64,000 nucleotides of DNA from Promethearchaeota archaeon (lineage in GTDB: Archaea > Asgardarchaeota > Lokiarchaeia > Sigyniarchaeales > SOKP01), in assembly GCA_016839555.1 (NCBI GenBank), contig JAEOUA010000012.1, positions 317,756 through 381,755 of the forward strand. The letters run 5' to 3'. Within the stretch, counting starts at the first letter, position 1; each line of letters starts with the position of its first letter. The notes beneath the pieces are model-generated. The model was given only the letters and a program-made list of their open reading frames with translations. It was not told the DNA's origin and made no database searches. Positions 40,301 through 49,367 of this stretch are shown here, one piece after another. Made by a program: the position numbers and the translations under genes.

Positions 40301-40808
40301 AATGAGTCATTTTGCAGATGAACAATTAACTCCAATGATTTCAGAAGCGGTTCGAGGGGAGTTTGTAGATGATCGCCCTCGGATTATAGCATTCCTATGC
40401 AATTGGTGTAGTTATGCGGGAGCTGATACCTGTGGTGTGAGTCGATTTCAATACCCCACAAATATTCGCCCAATCCGTGTCATGTGCTCTGGAAGAATTC
40501 CAAAAAGTTATATTCTGCAAGCATTTTTAGAGGGAGCTGATGCAGTTCTTATTGGGGGATGCCATATTGGAGATTGCCATTATATGAAAGGGAATTATGA
40601 TGCGCTTCGAAGATATCATGAATTAGATGAAATTATTGATAAAGTGGGTATTAATCCAAAACGTTTACGTATTGAATGGGTTTCAGCAAGCGAGGGAAAA
40701 CGATTTGCAGAAGTAGTTACTGAATTTGTCAATGAAATAAAAGAGCTTGGTTCACTAAGTCAAGAACATCAGAAAGAAGAATCTGTAATAATAAAAGGAG
40801 GTGCTTAA
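37308..40808 (+). CDS. hdrA: Heterodisulfide reductase subunit A (two FAD modules) fused to MvhD
   Basis: GAGISG and GGGIAG FAD motifs, LDKTFPTLDCS, two CVGSR motifs, RIGVFICECG, ACTPRTHE and ferredoxin motifs. C-terminal MvhD: FLCNWCSYAGAD, RVMCSGR, GCHIGDCHY, WVSASEG. Confidence 0.93.
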   Translation: MTDNKLSSILVIGAGISGIEASLSLAEQGYRVILVDKYPSIGGKMAQLDKTFPTLDCSICILAPKMVETARHPNIELLTYSEVQEVNGEAGNFKVKILKKAKYVDWDKCTGCGQCSEKCPMKKIPNEFEEGMGTRTAIYIPFPQAVPRKATVDAEHCLYLTKGACQLCLKECEAEAINFEMEDEILEYNVGSIIVATGYSQINPEVLPRYHYGEYPNVITAMQYERLLSASGPTEGELLRPSDGKHAHNIGFVACVGSRNEDVCPYCSKFCCMYMAKEGVVTREHASDTNVTIFFNDTRVIGKNQEEFIERAKNEYKLKYYHGIPGDIREDPETHDLLVKHANLDTGEVETTRFDLVVLANAVTPSEGTEELAKILGIETNQLGFYKTKDSTEDLESTKEGIYITGSCQSPDDIANSVSKAGGAAALAALHVQPLSEEEQRIELPPLKDVRVNDKPRIGVFICECGINIGGYMDIQELVEYAKTLPDVVFSMHNKYSCSSLTQDIIKEKIEELNLNRVIVAACTPRTHEPLFQKTIREAGLNEYLFNFVSIRELDSWVHMKDREKATDKAKDLIRMGVARTRFLKPEFKIEGDVVPEALVVGGGIAGITSAMEIAQKGFTVHVVEKDDKLGGQLNLIYKINFDRIDSKEYLEKKLKEYNSFKNIKTYLNSELIDVTGAIGDFNVKIKDNIKGKTKTLNVGVIIVATGAHEYKPEGWYHYGEEGMSDKIMTQLELSEKLRNNELKDGEDIVFIHCVGSRQLDPEKGVPYCSLICCGESIRHALYVKENYPNSNIYVLYRDIRVGTDEEQYYWEARENINYIRFNDYPEVNLIDGKINVKVMDILTQTHLTIDADRLVLSTPLIPYDNKYLSELLKVPIDQNGFFLEAHIKLRPVDFATAGIFLAGTAHGPKGIADSISQGRGAAAHALIPLISGVVENEPLVSIVDPALCIACQKCEEVCNFGAIGVQFNGKKLVSESNPLLCMGCGDCAAACPAGAITMSHFADEQLTPMISEAVRGEFVDDRPRIIAFLCNWCSYAGADTCGVSRFQYPTNIRPIRVMCSGRIPKSYILQAFLEGADAVLIGGCHIGDCHYMKGNYDALRRYHELDEIIDKVGINPKRLRIEWVSASEGKRFAEVVTEFVNEIKELGSLSQEHQKEESVIIKGGA

Positions 40809-40811
40809 AAA

Positions 40812-41351
40812 ATGACTGAAGAAAAAGTAGTTAAGTCGAGTGAACTAGACCATCATTTTAGGTATGAGATTAGTGAAAAAGTGGGAGCGAAGACTCTTCT
40901 TAAATGCATTCAATGTGGAGTATGTTCCTCGGGTTGTACTGTATCTGAATTCATTGATTTACAACCACATAGAGTTGTCGCTTCTTTATTATTGGGACTA
41001 AAAGATGTTGTTTTATCGAGTAACGCAATTTGGACTTGTTCTCTCTGCCATAGGTGTACTGAAAGATGCCCTAAGAATGTAGATTATTCTTTCATTCTTG
41101 CTTTATTGCGTAATATGGCAGTAGAAGAAGGAAATGCACCAAAAGAATACACAGTAACCGTCAATACTCTTTATGATAGTGGATTTGTTGTTCCATACAC
41201 GGGGAGAATGAAAGAAACAATAGATAGAAGACGTGAAAGACTTGAGTTACCACAAATAGTCCCTCCCAATATGGATGATATAAGATTTATAATTGAAAAA
41301 ACGAATTTAGGAGATTTAATTAAAAATAAAAATAACGAGGAGGAGGAATAA
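40812..41351 (+). CDS. hdrC: Heterodisulfide reductase subunit C
   Basis: CIQCGVCSSGC and IWTCSLCHRCTERCP motifs. Confidence 0.92.
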   Translation: MTEEKVVKSSELDHHFRYEISEKVGAKTLLKCIQCGVCSSGCTVSEFIDLQPHRVVASLLLGLKDVVLSSNAIWTCSLCHRCTERCPKNVDYSFILALLRNMAVEEGNAPKEYTVTVNTLYDSGFVVPYTGRMKETIDRRRERLELPQIVPPNMDDIRFIIEKTNLGDLIKNKNNEEEE

Positions 41352-41354
41352 AGA

Positions 41355-42242
41355 ATGTCTTATGAATATGCACTATATTTAGGTTGTACCATACCGCTCA
41401 AATATCCACAATTTGAAAAAGCTTTCCGAGAAATATCTAAGATTTTGGATATTAAATATAAGGAAATGGAAGGCTCAAGTTGTTGTCCTGATCCTGTTGC
41501 TATACAGTCTTTAAACGTTGATACTTGGCTCACTATTGCAGCAAGAAATTTAGCACTTGCAGAACAAATGGGCTTGGATATTATGACTATCTGTTCGGGT
41601 TGTTATGAAACCTTAAAGACAACTAAAGTATTATTAGAAGAAGATAAAGAAGCATTTAATCGTATAAATTCAATTTTAAACCAAATCAACTATAATTATA
41701 AAGGAACTATAGAGGTTACCCATTTTGCCGAGTTATTTGAACAAGAGGATATGATAAAAAAAATAAAGGAAAACATTGTAAGACCTCTCGATGACTTAAA
41801 TGTTGCTGCGCATTATGGATGCCACTTAATAAGACCAAGTAAGATTCTTCAATTTGATGATCCCGAGCGACCAGAATCAATAGATAAGATACTAAAGGCT
41901 TTAGGAGCTAACACAATTGCATTTGCCTCGAAATTAGAATGCTGCGGATATTGTGCAAGGTTAAATGAAGATATTGGTTATAAACTTGTTCAAGAAAAAA
42001 TGGTTGATTTAGAGCATTTAGATCTAGAGGTTGATGCGATGGTGGCAGTGTGTCCAGCATGTGTCAGTCAATATGATAAAAAAGAGAGAGTGTTACAAAG
42101 AAAAACAGCAGAAGATTTAGACATTCCAATCTTATATTTACCAGAATTAATGGCAATTGCCTTTGGTGTTGATACAGAAAAATTGGATTTAACAAAACGT
42201 AGCGTAAAACCTACGAAATTACTTGAAAAATTAAAAACATAA
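41355..42242 (+). CDS. hdrB: Heterodisulfide reductase subunit B
   Basis: YLGCTIP, SCCPDP, ARNLA, CSGCY, HYGCHL, CCG and VCPAC (CCG domains). Confidence 0.92.
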   Translation: MSYEYALYLGCTIPLKYPQFEKAFREISKILDIKYKEMEGSSCCPDPVAIQSLNVDTWLTIAARNLALAEQMGLDIMTICSGCYETLKTTKVLLEEDKEAFNRINSILNQINYNYKGTIEVTHFAELFEQEDMIKKIKENIVRPLDDLNVAAHYGCHLIRPSKILQFDDPERPESIDKILKALGANTIAFASKLECCGYCARLNEDIGYKLVQEKMVDLEHLDLEVDAMVAVCPACVSQYDKKERVLQRKTAEDLDIPILYLPELMAIAFGVDTEKLDLTKRSVKPTKLLEKLKT

Positions 42243-42359
42243 GAGAATTGAATTTTTTTTACAATTCTTAAAAAAATTTTTAAATAAACAAAAAATTAAG
42301 AAAAAATTAAAAAGTGAGAATAAAAAGAAAAACAAGAATAAATTTGGGAGTATTTTACA

Positions 42360-43055
42360 ATGATAATTACACAACAAAAAGATATTGATGAAATATATGA
42401 GATGATAAAACCATACTCTAAAATTTTAATAGCTGGTTGTGATGGATGCTGCCAACCACCTAGATCCATTAATGAAGCTAAAATGCTTGGACAGTTATTA
42501 GAATTGAAAGCAAAAACAGAAGGAAAAGAATTAAAATGGAAAGCAACAACTGTGTTACGGCAATGCGATGACAGAATTGCAGCAACTACCCTAAGACCGC
42601 TTATTGAAGAGTATGAAGCAATTGTTTCATTAGCATGCGGATTAGGGGTGGTAATGCTTAATAAAGTGTTTGAAGATACATTAACCTTTCCAGCTCAAGA
42701 TAGTATGTTTGGAGGTGTACAGAATGCAGGAGAAAATAGTTTTATTCAGTATTGTGAAGAATGTGGAGAATGTATTCTTGCTGAAACTGGAGGAATTTGC
42801 CCGCGTGCTGGTTGTGCGAAACATTTAAGTAATGGACCTTGCGGAGGTATGGTGGATGGAATGTGTGAAGTAGGAGATTACACACATCCTTGCGCTTGGG
42901 TTGAGATATGGAAACGTCTTAAAAAATTCGACAGGCTCGATCTCTTCAAGAAATATCGTCCTCCAAGGGATTGGAGAACATCTACTTCTCCTGAATACAT
43001 TGAAATTAATAAAGACTATACAAATGTAGAAGAAAAAGAGGAGGTGGAAGGTTAG
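42360..43055 (+). CDS. metV: MetV-type MTHFR small subunit (copy 2)
   Basis: GCDGCC, RQCD, ACGLG and CEECGEC...GGICP...CAK...NGPCGG motifs. Paralog of 27473-28144. Confidence 0.88.
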   Translation: MIITQQKDIDEIYEMIKPYSKILIAGCDGCCQPPRSINEAKMLGQLLELKAKTEGKELKWKATTVLRQCDDRIAATTLRPLIEEYEAIVSLACGLGVVMLNKVFEDTLTFPAQDSMFGGVQNAGENSFIQYCEECGECILAETGGICPRAGCAKHLSNGPCGGMVDGMCEVGDYTHPCAWVEIWKRLKKFDRLDLFKKYRPPRDWRTSTSPEYIEINKDYTNVEEKEEVEG

Positions 43056-43056
43056 A

Positions 43057-44010
43057 ATGTCAAATCGACCAGCTTATAGCAACTTAGTAAAAAAAATTAA
43101 AGAAGGACATTTCGTATTCACTGGAGAACTTGAACCTAAAAAGATTTTAAATCTCGATGAAATTATTCATTCCGCAAAAGAAATGAAAAAAACCGGAAAA
43201 ATCGTAGCAGCTAATGTTACGGACGGCCCACAAGGAGATGCATATATGTGTTCTATGGTTCCAAGTTATATTATACAAAAGGAGGCAGGTATAGAAGCTG
43301 TATGGCAAGTAACCGTAAGAGATCGGAATCGGGTAGCACTTTTTGGTGATGTATTAGGAGCAGCACAATTAGGAATAAAAAATATCCTAACATTAACTGG
43401 AGATCATACTGCACTTGGAGACCATAAAAAAGGCCGAGCTGTCTATGATATTGATAGTACACAATTTTGCGAAATGCTTTCCATAATGATTGATAAAGGA
43501 ACTGATCTAAATGGGAATGAACTTGAAGGAGGCAAAATAGAAATGAATTATGGATGCGTTGCGAACCCTAATAGCGATCCAAGGGAACCTGAAATTTTGA
43601 AAGTTGGAAGAAAGGTGGAACAGGGTGTGGACTTTATTCAAACTCAAACCTCCTTTGAGATTGATCAAGCAAAGGATTTCTTAAAAGAATTGGAGCAATT
43701 TAACGTTCCCGTGTTATTAGGTGTGTTTCCTCTTAAAAGTTATGGAATCGCATGGTATTTTGATAATTACATTCCAGGTGTATCCGTTCCTAAGGATCTT
43801 TTAAAATCACTAAAAAAAGCGGAGAAAGATAATAAAGGAGATAAAAAAGCTAAATATGCGGCAATTGATAAGATTAATATAGATTTCTTTGAACCATTTG
43901 TTAAAGAAATAAAGGACACAACAAAAGCAGCCGGAATCCACTGCATGGCAGTTGAATACGAACGCCTTTTTGACCCATTACTAAAGAGTTTCCCAGAATA
44001 TGTTGATTAA
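43057..44010 (+). CDS. metF: Methylenetetrahydrofolate reductase, catalytic subunit (copy 2)
   Basis: TGELEP, ANVTD, QVTVRDRNR, LTGDH, DFIQTQ, IPGVSVP and GIHCMA motifs. Paralog of 26535-27458. Confidence 0.9.
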   Translation: MSNRPAYSNLVKKIKEGHFVFTGELEPKKILNLDEIIHSAKEMKKTGKIVAANVTDGPQGDAYMCSMVPSYIIQKEAGIEAVWQVTVRDRNRVALFGDVLGAAQLGIKNILTLTGDHTALGDHKKGRAVYDIDSTQFCEMLSIMIDKGTDLNGNELEGGKIEMNYGCVANPNSDPREPEILKVGRKVEQGVDFIQTQTSFEIDQAKDFLKELEQFNVPVLLGVFPLKSYGIAWYFDNYIPGVSVPKDLLKSLKKAEKDNKGDKKAKYAAIDKINIDFFEPFVKEIKDTTKAAGIHCMAVEYERLFDPLLKSFPEYVD

Positions 44011-44110
44011 GTTTAAATAATACAAAATATGTAAAAATATATAAAAAAAACTTATAAAATTTTATTTTTTTTAAATTTGAATAATAATAAAATAAATAAA
44101 CCCTAAAGGG

Positions 44111-44596
44111 GTGAAGAAAATTAAAAATTTAGACGAACAAGATAAAAAAATTTTAGAGATGCTAATTCAGGACTCTAGGAGGCCTTATAGAGAGATAGCA
44201 GAAGAAGTTGGCCTTTCAGAATCAACTATTCGCAAACGTGTGATAAAACTTCAAGAAACGGGAGTTATAGAAAAATTTACAATTACAATATGCAGAGAAG
44301 ATGCGAGATGTATTATTGCATTTATTACACTCCTACCAAAATCCCAGTCTGAAATAAAGGAATTACTCATGGAAACACAAGTACTGCCAGAATGTAAAGA
44401 GGTTTACGCTCTCGCAGGTGAATGTGGGATTCTAATCAAAGTAGAAGTAGCTGAAATAAATGAACTCGATGCTCTCATCGAATCCTTTCGCGCCAGAAGT
44501 GATGTTCGCAGTGTTGAGCGTGTATGCGTGGTTTTAAAACCGATTAAAGCTCCCGATAACGGGCTTCATAGATCTACCCTTCAGAGATCTATTTAA
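44111..44596 (+). CDS. Lrp/AsnC family transcriptional regulator
   Basis: LDEQDKKILEML...RRPYREIAEEVGLSESTIRKRV...GVIEKF HTH followed by a RAM domain. Confidence 0.92.
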   Translation: MKKIKNLDEQDKKILEMLIQDSRRPYREIAEEVGLSESTIRKRVIKLQETGVIEKFTITICREDARCIIAFITLLPKSQSEIKELLMETQVLPECKEVYALAGECGILIKVEVAEINELDALIESFRARSDVRSVERVCVVLKPIKAPDNGLHRSTLQRSI

Positions 44597-44675
44597 ATAA
44601 TATTTTTAATTTATTTCTCTTTTAAATTACTCCATCTAAGCCTTCTTAAGATAATTAGGCTTCAATTTATTTATC

Positions 44676-45398
44676 TCAAACTTCCATTTTAAAAATAAGA
44701 CAATTATCTCTTTCACATTTCTCATTAGAATTTGAAAATTGACATTTATGGGGTGAATATTTTAGATCTATATTAAATTCCTCTCTTAAGAAATCAAGTG
44801 TCTCGCAAATTGATAGTTTCACTGATCGTTTGCAACAATGCTCTAAATTATCGGCTATCTTAGCTAAAGCTCTAGATGTCATCTTATTTGCTAAACTTCT
44901 TGGAATGACAGTCGATGGATTTGCGCCAGTAAAAATGCTTATTGCAACTCCAGAACCCATTCCAGCACCGCATGAACCATAAAAACCACAATATCCTCCT
45001 GGTATTTTTGAAGCACGGTTAATTGCTTCTTTAATATCTGAAAAGGTGATTTTAGTTCCATTTGGTTTTTTTATATTGTTATTTTTCAAAGCTGTGAGTA
45101 TTACTGCAGGAGTTAGAGCATGGTGTTCAGGACCATATTGGTTAAAGCTAGGGTGCTTCATGATTCTGTCTGCGATTAAAAAAGGATTTTTTAAAACGGT
45201 ATTTTTACAAAAATCCTCAATAACTTTTATAGGTTTCTCTGAATGACATGTATCACATATATAGTGTCCTTTTGGACAAAAAATATTTGTTATAAATTCA
45301 TTTTGACAAAATTCACAATTAAGTTTTTTATAATCTTTTTGATTGAATATATATTCCAATTCCTCACCGCAAATTATACAAATATCTTTTTTACTCAT
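44676..45398 (-). CDS. Cys-rich protein (DUF5714-like)
   Basis: CIICG...CEFC...CPKGHYICDTCH, GPEHH, PGGYCGFYGSCGAG and CCKR motifs. ATG at 45398 chosen within ORF 44676-45407. Confidence 0.75.
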   Translation of the reverse strand: MSKKDICIICGEELEYIFNQKDYKKLNCEFCQNEFITNIFCPKGHYICDTCHSEKPIKVIEDFCKNTVLKNPFLIADRIMKHPSFNQYGPEHHALTPAVILTALKNNNIKKPNGTKITFSDIKEAINRASKIPGGYCGFYGSCGAGMGSGVAISIFTGANPSTVIPRSLANKMTSRALAKIADNLEHCCKRSVKLSICETLDFLREEFNIDLKYSPHKCQFSNSNEKCERDNCLIFKMEV

Positions 45399-45645
45399 TA
45401 AAACCAATCTTTTAAGCTATTATTTTTTTAAATACTTTTTTAGTTATTATTATTTCATTGAATACTCGATATTATTCAATATTTTTAATATTAGAATGCT
45501 TTTAAGAATGTTTTTAATAAAAAAAAAGAATTTTTGAAGGTTTGATTTATTTTATTACATTATGATTAAAAGATTCTTTAAAAAAAGGTAAATATTCTAA
45601 AAATTATACTTTTTAAATAAAATATTAAAGAATTAAAAAAGGGAA

Positions 45646-47553
45646 TTATTGTATTTCAGAAGGTTTAATTATCTTTTTCCCATATTGGGCTTGCATCTCA
45701 ATTAATTTTTTGCGTTCCTCCTTTAAAATTTTCCAAAAGAATTCGGGCATATTTTCTTCCTTACTATACAAGTTTTCTATTCTCTCTAATTTTTCTAATA
45801 AATGTTCAGTCCTCAAAGAAAATTGGACCTCATAATCCTCTTGCTTATATTCTTTATTAAGATAAAGTTGAAATAATCTTTTTAAGTCTTCATATTTCGG
45901 TAAATATCCAATGGGGGTATTAACAGCTTCAAATTCACCATGAGATCGCCCTTCTGCCCACATTACCCATATCATCTTATCTAACATACCATTTAGGAAC
46001 TTTCCATTCGCATCTTTAAGAAAATAATTGGTAGCAAACACCTTCGGAGGGTGCTCTAATGAATTTCCAAAATTCTTGTAATTATCTAGGTACTTAGAAA
46101 GCGGAATCACGATAAAATCAAGATTTGCCATTGTACTCACAGATCGTACACCTGTTTTTCCTAAAGTTTGGGCAGTCGTTTCGGATTCAATTGAAGCTCC
46201 TAAAAAGACCCCATGTTCCCAATTTAAACTTTCAAGTATGGGAGGCATTGTATCTGAGTCACGACCTCCATAAAAGATCGCATGTAGAGGAACTCCATCA
46301 GGATTATGAAAGTTTGGGTCTGCATTTTCCAATTCCTCAATTCTTACCGTATAGCGAGCATTTGGATGTGCGGGAGTTATTTTAATACCATTTTCATCAT
46401 TTTTCCCTTTAAACCATTCACCAGAGAAATTCAATCCAGTTTCAGGAATTTTCTTACCCATTCCTAACCAGTAAGGGTTTCCATCATATATTAATACATT
46501 CGAAAATATCACTTCTTTAGGTGTGGTTATTGCCTCATAAATGACGGGATCATGTTCAGGATTAACATCTTTAATTATTCCGAATACCCCACCTTCTATA
46601 TTAACAGCGTGACAATATCCATCCTCCCATTGCCGTAAATAGGCAATATCATCGCCAACAATTGTTTGATTAGGTAGCATTGCGGTTGAGGTCTTACCGC
46701 ATCCAGAAGGATATGCTCCACAAAAATATGTTACTCTCTCCTTATCTTTAGGATGTACACCCAAAAGAAAGAAATGCTCCGCTAACCAATTTTCGTTTTC
46801 TGCTTTATGAATTGCTAATCGTAAGGCAAGTTTCTTTAACCCTAATGAATTTCCTGCATATTGGTTGTTTACTGATAAAACGCGATTCTCCTCTAAATCC
46901 ACATAAACTCGCCTTTTATCAAGATTTTTCGTTATAGGAGGATCTCCAATTAATTCGCCTGAAGAATGAATGAAATAAAAGAAATTATCAGAGCCATTTA
47001 ATTTTTTAAACTCTTCATATCCTTTTCGATATAGAAGGTCCTCAGAGTGCGCTACATAAAAGCTATCAGTTAATTGTAGTGCTAATATTGAAAATTTAGA
47101 ATTTTTAGGTCCAAGACAGAAAAATCTTACGAGACATTCATGTCCTTCCATACAACCTTCCATAATATCAAATATTTCTTCTAAACCTTTTTTTCTCTCG
47201 ATTGTATTTATCCATGGGCTCGTATATTCGCCTTCTGGCACTAAAACTCGAGTATTTTCCTTATCCCGTGCTTGATCATGATTTTTAATGTTAAAAAATC
47301 CGTCGAAATGAACTGTATGCCCTTTCGTGCTAAGCCGTGCCTCTTCTCCAATTTCAATACATTTCTCGCGAACATATTGAATATCTTCTTTTGAATCAGT
47401 GATCACTGTTACTTTAGAAGGTCTGCAAACTTCTATAAATTCATTCACTATTCTCATTACATGCTCATTATTTAAGGCATATAATTTCTCATAATCCTCT
47501 TGAGATATTATATCGCTTTTGTTAATTTCTATAAAGGCTTTTGATGAGTCCAT
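45646..47553 (-). CDS. pckG: Phosphoenolpyruvate carboxykinase (GTP)
   Basis: YAGNSLGLKKLALR, WLAEH, AYPSGCGKTSTAM, VGDDIA, HPNARY and GGRDSDT motifs. Confidence 0.95.
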   Translation of the reverse strand: MDSSKAFIEINKSDIISQEDYEKLYALNNEHVMRIVNEFIEVCRPSKVTVITDSKEDIQYVREKCIEIGEEARLSTKGHTVHFDGFFNIKNHDQARDKENTRVLVPEGEYTSPWINTIERKKGLEEIFDIMEGCMEGHECLVRFFCLGPKNSKFSILALQLTDSFYVAHSEDLLYRKGYEEFKKLNGSDNFFYFIHSSGELIGDPPITKNLDKRRVYVDLEENRVLSVNNQYAGNSLGLKKLALRLAIHKAENENWLAEHFFLLGVHPKDKERVTYFCGAYPSGCGKTSTAMLPNQTIVGDDIAYLRQWEDGYCHAVNIEGGVFGIIKDVNPEHDPVIYEAITTPKEVIFSNVLIYDGNPYWLGMGKKIPETGLNFSGEWFKGKNDENGIKITPAHPNARYTVRIEELENADPNFHNPDGVPLHAIFYGGRDSDTMPPILESLNWEHGVFLGASIESETTAQTLGKTGVRSVSTMANLDFIVIPLSKYLDNYKNFGNSLEHPPKVFATNYFLKDANGKFLNGMLDKMIWVMWAEGRSHGEFEAVNTPIGYLPKYEDLKRLFQLYLNKEYKQEDYEVQFSLRTEHLLEKLERIENLYSKEENMPEFFWKILKEERKKLIEMQAQYGKKIIKPSEIQ

Positions 47554-48110
47554 ATTGTTAATCGTACCTAATTTTTCACAAATATATTTGAAATTTTTAT
47601 AATTATTTAATAATAAATAATTATTTTTTTTATATAAATGTGATTTATAATGAAAATATTTAAGAAAAACAGGATTTCACTAAAAAACTTTCAAGTAGTA
47701 TAATCACTACTTTTAAATGTTTCGAAAATGATGAACAAAATTCATCCAATTTCAATAAAAAATAAAAAATTAAAATGATTTTAATAATTTAGTTTAACAT
47801 TACACCTAAATTTAATTACGGATTAACAAATTACTCATATAAAAAAAGATCCAATATACCATCATACACTGAAAACGAGAGAAAATATTTAACTATATTT
47901 CCGAAATAGTTTTTATTTTGGTTTTATTATTATCTATCTGATAAATTTTTCTATTTTTATTAATTCGGAATTGATAAAATTTAAATAACTTTTTTTAGTT
48001 TTATAATGATAATTTTAACAAAAAAACCTAAATTTAATTATTGATTTATTAATCAATGGTTTAAAGTTAGATGAATATTAGAAGAATAACTATAAAAAAA
48101 AAGTGATTTT

Positions 48111-49217
48111 TTGATTAAAATTTCTGAAGATACGCTTTTATTAAACGCGCTAACTCCTGATATTACCAATATGAAAGATATATATAAAGCGCTTGATCAA
48201 TTTCTTACAAAAAAGAAAAGTGAAGATCCAACAGACCGATTTAATATTATTTTATTTCAACAGAGTGGTCCGAATTATCTGAATGATTTTACGCTGAATC
48301 CCGAGAATATCTTGTTAGCTTTAAAGACCTTAGAACCGACAATCATAGAAGCTAATATCGCTTGGGGGATTTTCATAGCAGCTACGTTTATTATTGATGT
48401 CTATAAAAGAATATCTAATAAAGCATTCCGCTTGCTTGTTTTGAAAGATTCTGGAACAGTTAAAATACCACTGCAATATCTTCCTGTGTTAGAAAATTTA
48501 ATTGAAAAAGTAAAAGATATGCCTTTTTATATCGATATAGTCCAAATAGGGATGGAATCTTCCGAAGAAGATGATAATTTAAAAAGTTTAGCTAAATTAA
48601 CGAAAGGAAATATCTATGTAATTAATGAAATAAATGATTTAAAATCGATATTAGATGTAGTGGATTTAAAACATAAGATCTCAAAAGATTCATATTATGA
48701 AGAATCAAAAGTTATTCCCGAAAATAATAGGCTTTTCTATATTAACTTGGCAGAGGAACCCAATGAAATTAATGGGGTAGAAAAATGTTCTATTTGTTTT
48801 CAAAGAGATGATGAGGGATTGGTGCAATGCCCTAAATGCGAAATTATAGCACATAAATCCTGTCTTGCTCAATGGTCAGAAACGTCTAATATAGGCATAG
48901 AAAATGTATTTAGATGCCATAATTGTTATAATTTACTTAAAATAGATAGAGATTATATTAATTTGGTTAAATATGGAAATTTAGCTTCTTCTGGTGATAT
49001 TAAAATAAAAGAAAAAGATTTACAAGATTTCCAAGAAAGTCTTGAGCAAGATAAAAAACCTAAAATAATTAAGGCGAATGATTCCTTGGCTCCTCCTCCA
49101 AAGAAAAAGGAAATAGATGAGGAAGAACAGATTCGATTTATTCTATGCCCAAATTGCCATAAAATGATAACAAATCAATATGATAAATGTCCTAACTGTA
49201 ATTTTTTATTACACTGA
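48111..49217 (+). CDS. VWA-like domain protein with C4HC3 (PHD/RING-variant) finger and C-terminal zinc ribbon
   Basis: N-terminal DPTDRFNIILF...LLVLKD...IDIVQIG...LAKLTKG (VWA-like). CSIC-x10-CPKC-x4-H-x2-C-x17-CHNC. C-terminal CPNC...CPNC. Confidence 0.75.
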   Translation: MIKISEDTLLLNALTPDITNMKDIYKALDQFLTKKKSEDPTDRFNIILFQQSGPNYLNDFTLNPENILLALKTLEPTIIEANIAWGIFIAATFIIDVYKRISNKAFRLLVLKDSGTVKIPLQYLPVLENLIEKVKDMPFYIDIVQIGMESSEEDDNLKSLAKLTKGNIYVINEINDLKSILDVVDLKHKISKDSYYEESKVIPENNRLFYINLAEEPNEINGVEKCSICFQRDDEGLVQCPKCEIIAHKSCLAQWSETSNIGIENVFRCHNCYNLLKIDRDYINLVKYGNLASSGDIKIKEKDLQDFQESLEQDKKPKIIKANDSLAPPPKKKEIDEEEQIRFILCPNCHKMITNQYDKCPNCNFLLH

Positions 49218-49367
49218 AGGGCATAGAATGAAAGCAATCCGTTTAATTCTTACTTCTCTTTATTTTCATATATTTTACTTTTTTCTCTTTTTTATATTTT
49301 TTGAGTAAGAGAAAGAACCAAAAAAAATTAAAAAGATAAGGATTAAAATTAAAGCTAAAAAAATTTG

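Noticed and set aside
37308-40808. Selenoprotein HdrA/MvhD with a SECIS element
   Set aside because: There is no in-frame TGA, and the relevant motifs (CVGSR, CNWC, GCHIGDC) all use Cys.
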